Below are positions 39,351 to 48,958 of a stretch of 64,000 nt of DNA, in pieces. The DNA comes from Bugula neritina. Its lineage: Eukaryota > Animalia > Bryozoa. Numbering within the stretch: the stretch's first letter is position 1; each line of letters begins with the position of its first letter. A model generated the notes under the pieces. That model was not told the DNA's origin. It made no database searches and was given only the letters and a program-made list of their open reading frames with translations. The DNA is taken from the NCBI GenBank assembly GCA_964035545.1, contig OZ037767.1, positions 22,150,628-22,214,627 of the forward strand, in the 5' to 3' direction. A program made the translations under genes and the position numbers.

Positions 39351-39985
39351 AGCCCAGGAGGCAGACAACAACGCGCGGGCGACGGCGGCATGGACCTGAA
39401 TACGAAGTGGTCATACCGCGGGAAGAAAACTTGGTGAGAGAGGAGCGGCAGCTTTTGTCAACAGAAGCGTGTCCGCCACCGCCAAGTCTAATTCCATCAC
39501 TTCCAGAAACCGAGCCGGTTCCGGAAGTGCAAACCCCCACGGAGGGAGGGGCTCCATCCGGAGAACAAGAAGAGGTGACCGCTAACGGTGAAGTAGAGAC
39601 GCCATTAGAGGCCCCTACTAACGAACCGGCAAGCGTGTCACCCCCCCTAGAAAGGGGACAGCATACGAGGAAACCCCCACCATATTTAAAAGACTTCGTA
39701 TGTGACTGCATTAGAAGCGGCGCACATGAAAGTCTAGGGGAAAACCGTACGATAAAATGTTGGAGTTGTGAACCCCACGCAAATATCAACTTTTGCGAGG
39801 GCGGAATAGTGGGAGGAATTAATGCGCGTAAAGCAAATAGTTCCGACCTCGTGCCTCAGAAACGATGCTCAGCCTTTTCTTATGCTGACATCGCCAAAGG
39901 CAGACGTATCTCACAACCAGCTCCAATCTTACCAAGAACGTTGAGTATGGACATTAATACCGAGTTCCCAGGTAAGCCAGTATAA
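39320..39985 (+). CDS. Probable C-terminal extension of Pol/integrase, separated from pol by a 1-nt frame break near 39315
   Basis: Overlaps the pol end and has no ATG at its start (GTG). It is a Pro/Glu-rich linker containing RGQHTRKPPPYLKDFV, similar to the RxRKPPxYLxDY motif common at Gypsy integrase C-termini. Confidence 0.6.
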   Translation: MGEAPPPPLLEPRRQTTTRGRRRHGPEYEVVIPREENLVREERQLLSTEACPPPPSLIPSLPETEPVPEVQTPTEGGAPSGEQEEVTANGEVETPLEAPTNEPASVSPPLERGQHTRKPPPYLKDFVCDCIRSGAHESLGENRTIKCWSCEPHANINFCEGGIVGGINARKANSSDLVPQKRCSAFSYADIAKGRRISQPAPILPRTLSMDINTEFPGKPV

Positions 39986-40002
39986 GTCTTGTATTCCTAT
40001 TC

Positions 40003-41076
40003 ATGGAAACGGGCTCGATGCCAGTAAATTCTGAACTAATTCAGCAGATTGAATCAGAATTACTGGGAACCACGTTTCATGTGAATGACGATGAAGACAC
40101 TGTAATGGCCGACGGTCTGTTAGACCTGGAGCTAGACACTGTTCTTGGTCAGTCCACACATGATTCATCGGTTCCTCGAGTGCATTCCAAAAGCTGTGAC
40201 TCTCAGGCTAGCAACGGTCGACAGTCACTAGAATTATGTTGTAAAGATCCACCGCGATCTAACAATAATTCTACTTTTGTAGACACACTCGCGCCCGTCT
40301 CTCCGGGCATGCCTTCTCTAGAGATGGCGTGGGACCCAGAGCCGGCCCCAACAACTTCTACAACAAGGCAACTGCCACCCCAGTTGGAAGCAACCTCCAA
40401 CTGGATTACCCCTGCCACAGAGAGAGAGATTAGGACCCATCAAGGAGGTGAGAGTAATCGTGAATGCAACCTCTGCCAGCAGCGATTCACAACCCACCGC
40501 AGACTGAAAGTACACTTGCCGCAACACTACATCACCACTTTCTGCCCTTGCGGAGAATATAGCTATAATCGTGATTACCTACTGCGGCACCAACGTACTA
40601 TGCAGTGTTATCAAGGGCATGTCTATGAAGTAGACGAATCATCCTATCCTGCCTTTCTCAACGCCATCAAACCACTCATCACTGACTCAGCTCGGCTATC
40701 TCGCCTGGAGCAAGGCTTCCCTTCCCCGCGACTCATCATCTCTGGAGCCGCAGATAAACCTACACAGTCTACTAACTCTCCACCTCACAGTCCTCTACGC
40801 ATACCGCATACCTTTCCTCGTGTCGTACTACAGAGGGTAGACACAAATGCGTATACACTCCCTCCTCCCCTTCCATCCTCAGAGCGGAAAAGACATAGAC
40901 AGCCGACTTCCTCTCACTCGTCCCCCTGGGCCCGCAACCTACGTGAAGTAGAAGCTAGGGCACACGACTTGGAGCAAGAAGTGTACAGACTGGCCCCACG
41001 GGTGCAGGCTGCATCCAGTGAACTCAAATATTTACAGGAGTCTATTAAACGCATGAAGCGTGCGGCCCGCAGTTAA
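40003..41076 (+). CDS. Accessory ORF of the Gypsy element: 357-aa zinc-finger/coiled-coil protein (not Env)
   Basis: Intact ATG-TAA ORF between pol and the PPT. It has an acidic N-terminus, C-x2-C-x12-H-x3-H (CNLCQQRFTTHRRLKVHLPQH), a second finger CPC-x11-H-x5-C, a basic RKRHR patch and a C-terminal heptad region. There is no signal peptide or TM. Confidence 0.85.
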   Translation: METGSMPVNSELIQQIESELLGTTFHVNDDEDTVMADGLLDLELDTVLGQSTHDSSVPRVHSKSCDSQASNGRQSLELCCKDPPRSNNNSTFVDTLAPVSPGMPSLEMAWDPEPAPTTSTTRQLPPQLEATSNWITPATEREIRTHQGGESNRECNLCQQRFTTHRRLKVHLPQHYITTFCPCGEYSYNRDYLLRHQRTMQCYQGHVYEVDESSYPAFLNAIKPLITDSARLSRLEQGFPSPRLIISGAADKPTQSTNSPPHSPLRIPHTFPRVVLQRVDTNAYTLPPPLPSSERKRHRQPTSSHSSPWARNLREVEARAHDLEQEVYRLAPRVQAASSELKYLQESIKRMKRAARS

Positions 41077-41335
41077 CTTGAGTCTATCTCCAACTCCATA
41101 CTACTCTTCCCCTACCTCTCTGTGGCATTCCCTACCGTTATGGTGGCACGTACTCTACATGTAGATAGGACCTTCTCTTACTTATTACGTATTGTGCACG
41201 TTATATATACCTGTATATTTTATCAGTTGTTGTTTTTTTTGTATATACTTTTATACTGTTCTCTTACCCCCCCCCCCAACGAAGTATACGTTTTTTATGT
41301 GAAATTTATTTTTATCAGAAAGAGGGCTTTCTGCT

Positions 41336-41346
41336 GGAGGGGGCAG
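41336..41346 (+). promoter_or_regulatory. Polypurine tract
   Basis: GGAGGGGGCAG immediately precedes the 3' LTR. Confidence 0.8.
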
Positions 41347-41652
41347 TGTGGTGGCTCGTGGAGCTACCAGCAACACAATACGCAAGGTTGCGTATTGACC
41401 CGGAACCATGTATTAGCCAATTAGCTAGGTTGTTTTATGAGTAATAGTAGCAGCTTCGCGCTACTAGCTCAGTTGAGGATAGTGCTGTAAATTAAATAGA
41501 CGTGCGTATCATTACTGTTGTACATTAGATTTTATTATGTATTCTTGTATTAAAATATAACGATATCTACTCGACTTAACTCGGTGAAGTTTCTCTAGTG
41601 ATAAATAGACTCTCTTGGTGGCACATCGACCCTAAAACTGAAAATCATAACA
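41347..41652 (+). repeat. 3' LTR (306 bp)
   Basis: Direct repeat of 34204-34509 with 305/306 identity, followed by the ATAA TSD. Confidence 0.97.
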
Positions 41653-43054
41653 ATAATGCAATATGAATATGAATATCAATATCATATTCATATTACTAAT
41701 TAAATTTGATCTCCAATGACATCGAATATTTATACTTATAGCTATAGAGAACTTATGCTTACTTATAGTTATATTAACTTACAGTTATACTTATAGTTAA
41801 ACTTAATGCTACAGCATGAGCATAAGTATAAACTAAAGTATAGTGTTAATCATTAATGACAATGTTTATGTTATACTTATAGAGTTATATTTATACTATA
41901 ACTTATACTTATAGTATTAGTATTACTATTAGTTAATGTTAACTTGATCTTCATACTGCAGTATGAATATTAGTATTACTATCAGACATCAGCATCACTC
42001 TCAGTCTCACTGTCAGACTGTGATTCACTTTCCAGTTTCAGGATTAGCATAATAATTTAATTAAATATAACATTATTACCATTAATAATAATATTTATAA
42101 TCATAATGTTTAAAATTAATCATAATCACAAACTGATAATAGCATTATCATTATGATTAAATTTAATGATATTTAATTTGATAATCATAATGATTGACAA
42201 TCATAATCATAATCATAATGCTAATGCCGTAAATGCGTAAGTTTATAAACAGGCTGCTACTAGTACTAGTATTATCATTACTATTAGTAATACTACAGAA
42301 TATCAACATAATATTAACATCACTATTCACAGGGTTAAACTTAAAGAGTACACATTAATATATCACTCTGTCACTAACAGTAACTAGTGCAACTTGACTT
42401 CTGTGTCTATTTCTAAGCCGTAAAAAAGACCTGGGCACACGGGATACTTTATTCGGGAGTTATTCTCACACTCTCTTTTACTTATGTGAACCAAAGGGTT
42501 AAGCAGCAATCCATTACTCCGATGCGAGCCAGTAGCTCTTCAAAGCCAGAGGTCGGAATTCACTATTATTGGCCAGGTTCTATTCACAGCATCAAAAACA
42601 CAGGCTCTTATTGGACAAATAACAATAACATTAAAAATGAATCATCTCTGTTTTGATGAGGGTATGGATATCAATGAGGAACTCAGAGTCAGTGTCATGT
42701 ATTAACATTATCATTATGATAAGCTGTATCGTCGCTCTCTTTGATATTATTGCAATGTGATTTATCATTAAGCTATGCTCATGCTGGTTGTGTAAAACGT
42801 TAGACTAGCATTTACACTAAGTACGAGTTCTTAGGATTAGAACCTCAACCTGAATAAAACACTCCTACTCATAACTCACCTCGTAACTCACCTTGTAAAA
42901 ATTAGAACACTCTGCTAACACCTACAGGCGCAAAATTATGAGTGCCTCTTATGTTGTTTTTGTTTGAGTTTACCATGTGTTGAAATGTATCTATTCTAGC
43001 ATGTAGCTAAGTTTGGAAATTTTAATTGCAATGTAAAGGGGTTTTAGCACATAG

Positions 43055-45757
43055 CTAAGCTGAGTTTGTGTTATGAGGTGGTATCCTCAAATCTCTGATG
43101 CTTCGAGGGAGAAAACTGTTGTGAAAGGTCTGTGAGGATGCAGGAATTGATGTTGGTTCTCCTCTCTTAGCAGATCGAGTGTTTATTGACCGGTTTGAAT
43201 TTAATAGTTCATCATAAGCAGATGAAAACGTTTCATGGCGCTCTTCATCTGAAAGTATTCTCATCAACAAAGTTATTCTATGGTCTCTTCGTCGGCTCGC
43301 AAGAGTTTTAAGCTGCAATTCAGTTCGAGCGTCACTGATGCCACGTCTTCCTTTGAGGTTAGCGATAAACCTGATAGCTTGATTTTGAACATGTTCAATT
43401 TCCTCACAGGCACTTTTGTTAGTCGGATCCCACAACGTGTCTGCATACTCAAAGATAGGTCTACATAGACTAAGGTATGCAATTAATTTTGCCTTCATGG
43501 GTGCATTGTAGATTGTATGCTTGATACAGCCAAGTATTTTGCTTGCATTGTTGACTTTAGATGTAATATGCCGGTCAAACTTTAGGTTAGACTGCATGAT
43601 TACTCCAAGATATTTGGCCTCTTTAACGGTTCTAAGAGTGGTGTCACCAAGTGAATATAGATGGGAGGTGTCATCAGTTTTACCAAATATAATCACTTCG
43701 CACTTATCGGTATTAAACGGCATTTTCCATTTAAGTGACCAGTTATAAAGTGAGTTTAGGTCTCTCTGAAAGGCTTCCTGTTGTATTTTGTTGTTAACTT
43801 CAGCATATAGAAGTGTGTCGTCAGCATATAGACTAACTTTGCATGAGACAGATTGAGGGAGATCATTGATGTAAATTAGGAAGAGTTGGTCCAAGAACTG
43901 ATCTTTGGGGGACTCCAGATGTTACACTTAGTTCAGATGATTCCGTCCCTTTGATCACCACTTTTTGACTTCTGTCAGTCAAGAAGCTCTGTATCCAATT
44001 GGCAATAAATGGGTCAATTCCTTTAATTCGCCTGATTTTCTCTATGAGTAGTAAATGAGGAACTTTATCGAAGGCCTTTTTAAAATCTAGAATTACTGCG
44101 TGAGTAGTTGATGAGTTGTCGGCTGCTCTTGCAATATCATGAAAAGTTGCACACAATTGAGTGTCACATGAAAGGCCTCGTCTAAATCCATGTTGTCTAT
44201 TAACCAAAATTGAATCTAGTGTTTTATTTAGATAGTGTAATATAATATGTTCTAGCATTTTGCAGGGGATACTTGTCAATGAAATAGGTCGATAATTGCA
44301 TGGCTTCTCTTTTTCACCTTTCTTATATATAGGAGTGATGTTGGCAGTCTTCCATGCACCTGGGAGCACACCTTGTTTTAATGAAGCAGCGAAGATATGC
44401 TGAAGACACTCTGCATTGATATTAGGGTTTAGTAGTAATTGGCATTTGCGGATCTGGTCTGGGCCGGGTGATTTATTATTTTTAAGGTCAACAATAAATT
44501 TTTCAACACCATCTAATGTGATGGGAAATGGTTCTGTTTGAGTTGAAAGTAGTGGGAGTTTTGATATACTTTCTTGGTGGCAGAACTGTGAGTGAAAGTA
44601 TTTATTTAGTTCGTTGGTGATTATCTTACTGTCAGTGATTGGAAGGCCATCCATAAGTGTCATGGTCTCTAAAGGATGCTGTTGATTTTGTTTGTACCTA
44701 AGATGTTTGTAAAAAGGTTTGCTGTTCCCCTTTTCCAAGGGCTTACAAATTTTATATAGCAAATAATTTCTTTTGAGCTTTTTGAGTTCTTTCTTGTTGT
44801 TCTGGCGGTGCTGCTTATATTTATTCAAGTAGTATGGATCTCCAGTTTGTTTGTACTTTCTGTGTGTATTGTGTTGCTTGTCTATCATTTTTTTAATATG
44901 TTTGTTAAACCAAGGTGGTTGATCTTCATTTCTGACATGTATAGTTTTGAGTGGAACAGAATCAAGTATGGCTTCATCAAGTGATCTTTTGTAAATATCC
45001 CACATTTTATGAACGTCACTTAGGTTTTTAATTTGATGAAGAGCATTAGTCATTTTTTCAGTAAAGACTTGAACGTTTGCCTTCTGATAGACCAAGATTT
45101 CCTTGGTATTTTTACATTTGTGTTGTTGGTGCATCATTGTTTCTACTTTAAGCTTCAGGGTTATAATATAGTGGTCGCTTAGGCCAGGGATTACCACATC
45201 TGGGGGATCTGTTGTAAGGGTGCTAGAGCGGCATATCAGATCAAGAGTGTTTCCGTGAATGTGTGTAGGTTCTGTAACCATCTGGTATAAGTTATGTTCG
45301 TAAAGCATGTTGAGAAATTGTAGATGGATAGCTTTGTAGGATGAATTGGGTTTAATAGTTTTGGTAACTCAGTCTAGTCCTGGAAGATTCATATCACCAA
45401 GTAAAATGATGTTGCAGTTGGAATATTTATATTTGATGGAGCTAAGTATGTTACTTATTTGTTTGATATTTGGAGTTGATGTCCTCGGTCTATAGTAACA
45501 ACATATAACTAGGTTAGTTGGAAACATTTCTGGCGTTAAGCTTTGCCTTGATTGCAATTATAACTCCTCCTCCGTGCATGTTTCTGTCATTTCTAAAGAA
45601 GTCTAAACCAGGTGTTTCGATTACAGTCTTGCTGAGAATAGATTGATCAATATGCGTTTCTGTTAAGCAGATCAAATCATAGTTTTTAATTAGAGTGGTG
45701 ATTTCTGCTGTTTTTCCTTTGACTGACCTGACATTAGCAAGAAAAAGATTTAGATCT
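43055..45757 (-). pseudogene. LINE ORF2 (AP endonuclease + reverse transcriptase), disrupted
   Basis: APE motifs LANVRS, LTETH, RNDR..GGGV, YYRP, GDMN, PTH..TLDL and SDH; RT motifs YRPISLTS, QHGFR, LDFKKAFDKV, GVPQR and YADD; C-terminal NSFLPRSIRD. Lesions: frameshift near 45525, TGA at 45369-45371, frameshift near 43890. Confidence 0.9.
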
Positions 45758-46750
45758 GAGATTGTTTTGTTTGTTGGTCTTCCGGTTTCAACTTTTCCCA
45801 GTTTCCCGATTCAGCTTTTATTGAATGTTGAAATCCCTGATTCGAAATTGTATGGTTTGGCTGCTCCTCTTTAAGTTGTTTAACCTGTTGGCGAAGAGTG
45901 TACTTTTTGTCCCTGGTTCCTTTGTTCATGTCCAGCTTGCAGAACAAAGAGTCTGCGCGCAAGGCATGATTTAAAAATTTCCACTCGGACCTTTCATCTT
46001 CAAATCGCAGTTTTATAGGGCGATTTTTGTTTTCAGTCTTAGGACCGAGCCTAACTGCTTGAACTGGCTTGTTGAAATTCTTAAATAGTTCTTGGGACAT
46101 TAAATTCATCACATCTTGCATTGCAGTATCTCTTTCAGTTAGTCCATACAAAATTGCATTGGATTTCCTCGCTTCGTTGTCCTTTTTGTCCATCTCTGAT
46201 GCCAGTAGTGCTTGGCTGGTTGTGGTCATTTGCAGGGTTTTTTTGTGTTATTTGCAATTTCAGTGTTTTTGCTGGTAATATCAGCCCAGGTTTTTTGGAG
46301 GGTACTGACTTCTTCATTGCTGTGTTGATGGTATTTTTCTAACTTTCTCTCAAATTTAAAAATTTGTTGATTAATGCTGTGAAGCATTTTCAAATGTTGT
46401 GTATTGCCACCATCATCTTTTTGAGAGGAACACTCATCACAAAACCACCTAACACCTCTGTCTGATAGTCTAGTGATGGAATTCACCTCAGATGGCTGGA
46501 GGCCCTGGCATGTTCCATGGTACCATTTTAGGCACACATCACAGGATATCCATTTTGAAGCAGCTTTTTGTTGTTTTCCGCCTTTAGTGAGAAGAAAACA
46601 TTCTTTTTTGGAGCATGATGCGCATAACTCATTTAGGTCTGTATTGTTGTCATCTGTAGTAGATTCCAACTGAGAGCGTTGCAGAGGGGGAAAGTCACCT
46701 CCACTATGACCAATTTGGTCTTGAGACTGAGTGAGTGTGGGGAGTGACAT
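45750..46750 (-). pseudogene. LINE ORF1 (PHD finger, coiled coil, RRM-like region), frameshifted
   Basis: PHD: CASC...WISCDVCLKWYHGTC...WFCDEC. Then RKSNAILYGLTE...RLG...RPIKLRF. The frame breaks at the A7 run (~46238-46244), with further lesions near 45850. Confidence 0.85.
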
Positions 46751-48958
46751 ACCTATACTTATAATATTTAATTCAAAGTGATACACCAAAACTATCAAGT
46801 GTTAGGGCTATCAATGACCAAGCTAGGCGCTATCAATATCACTATGAGTATGATTATCATTACAAACTTAAACTTGAAGCCAAAACTATACTAGTAGTAG
46901 TTGTAGTTAGGCTATGTAGGCGTAAGCAGAATGTCTAATTTGAGGTATTTTTATCCTTTAGTCCAAGATGAATTCACACAAATACTTTAATCTAAAGCTC
47001 GGTTGTTTAAAAATACTGTCCTAGTCCTACGCCTACGGCTACTACTACTAGTATTACTACTAAGTACTAAGTACTAAGATTCTGAAATAGAGTTTCAGTT
47101 GGTCACACTCACTACCAGTTACACTTAGTCTAAGTCTTACCCTCTTGAATTGTAGATTAAGGTAAAGATGTAATATTAATATTATAAACATAATTTATTA
47201 ATAATTATCAATAAACATTAATTATTTAAACACTAATACTAATAGTTAATGTTATATCAAATTGAAATTCAATATGATTTTATGACTCCTGTTTTTTATA
47301 GTGGACTTGTAGTTGTTTGTTATTAAATTCAATAATTATATTTATTGATTATTCTAAATTAGTAATTCATCTATTTCTAATTCTATAGCTATTAATCTAA
47401 TTTTTTTTTATTATACCTCATCAGATATCGTGATTCTGATCATTTTACTTATTCTTATAGTTATAGTGATTATGATTATGTTACTTTTGCTTATAGTTAT
47501 ACTTGGAGTTATAGTCAATCATTGAGTCGATGTCATGCTCATGGTGATGAATGATGATTATAATGATAATGGATTTCTATTCATAATGATCCACAATCCT
47601 ATGCTGACACCAATCATTACAAGTAGACTATTAGGATTTGACTGTAAGCAATAGTGTAATGTATAAATACTACTACTACTATAGACATAGTTTCAACAAA
47701 CTTTAATCGCTTAGGAATACGGACTGATGAATGGGGTATGTCGCTCAACATTCTCAGAACTAAAATTATGGCTTTTAGTTTTAATCCTGCACAAGACCTA
47801 CCGGAAATACACACATCAAAGTCTTCATTAACTCTGATTGTAAATTTGATGTGCATATTCATAAAAAAAGATTCTAAATTAAGCAAGGAAACAACCTGGA
47901 ATGATTAAAAAAATCAATACACTTGATGCCACGGCATGCTAGTTGACTCGTGCATTAGACCCTAGTCTATGGCTACCACTTCTAGAAAATGCTTGTGCTG
48001 TCTAGAACCCATGTTGTAAAAGTGACACTGCCAGCTTGGAAGATGTTCTGTCAGAAGCTGCTTGCTAATCTGCAGCATAAAACTATGGAAAAGTAGGAAC
48101 TCGGCTATAGATAAACTTGGAATAAAGCCACTGGCATCTGGAAGAAAAAATCAGTGCATCTTTCTACTTCTCCAGATTTTGTCCAAAACGGAATACCACT
48201 CGGCAATCACTGAATCATTTTAGCACCTGGTTAGACAAACATTGTGAACAACTTGGGTTATGTCTTGAGCTCAAGGAACTTTATGTTCAATTAGTATAAG
48301 CAAAAATAAATATTACAATTAGAGATTTGAATATTGGATCAAACAAAGCAATCACAACATGGTCCCATAGTGTATTCTTTTCAAAGACAGGCCAACCAGG
48401 CTTGTCTTAAATTAACTATAAATTATAATAATCATATAGCCTACTTACTTACTACTGATACATACATGTAACCCATGAATAAAATGTGGCACATTCTTCC
48501 TACCCAACTGGGCGAAGAAAAAGCTGAAAGGTATCATTTTAATTATGATTATCAGTATCACTTTTAGTTTGAGTTTGGCTATGGCATTTAGTTGGACTAT
48601 TAGCTATGTCGAATAAATCTAATCATTACACATAAGAGTCAGAGTTTTTAAGAAGTACAGTTGGTAATTTACCGGTTTTATTAAGTAGTACAGTTATTGC
48701 TAACAATGTTGTAAGACAATCATAAAGGTTAAAAATAGTTGATAATTTTTCAATATCATTGTAAAAAAAACTGTTGCCTTATTTGATATATACAATGAGG
48801 ATGTTTATTATGTAGGTTTTACTGGCTAATACACCATTATCTCATCTATAGTGCTGTATACTAGTATAGGTAAAATACCCATATAGTGCATTACACTGTT
48901 GATTATTATGAGTGCATATTTTATTGACGTTTAAGCTTTGATACACACAAAGTAAGAT

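Larger units (their letters stand above)
34204..41652 (+). mobile_element. Full-length Ty3/Gypsy LTR retrotransposon (7449 bp) with gag, pol and an additional 3' ORF
   Basis: TG...CA LTRs, 4-bp TSD ATAA (34200-34203 / 41653-41656), PBS, PPT and PR-RT-RH-IN domain order. The internal region is visibly more GC-rich than the flanks. Confidence 0.97.
42870..46850 (-). mobile_element. Near full-length but decayed non-LTR retrotransposon (CR1/L2 group)
   Basis: ORF1 with a PHD finger and ORF2 with APE and RT. The 3' UTR ends in short tandem repeats (TAACTCACCTCG/TAACTCACCTTG on + at ~42872-42895). The termini are approximate and no TSD was identified. Confidence 0.9.

Noticed and set aside
34537-40527. 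Many antisense and alternate-frame ORFs inside the Gypsy element (e.g. 34537-34977, 39271-39789)
   Set aside because: Expected shadows of GC-rich coding sequence, with no recognisable motifs.
40003-41076. Env gene / endogenous retrovirus interpretation
   Set aside because: No signal peptide, transmembrane anchor or fusion-protein features.
41122-41424. Hydrophobic 100-aa ORF running into the 3' LTR
   Set aside because: GTG start, hydrophobicity explained by the T-rich 3' UTR, and it crosses the PPT/LTR boundary.
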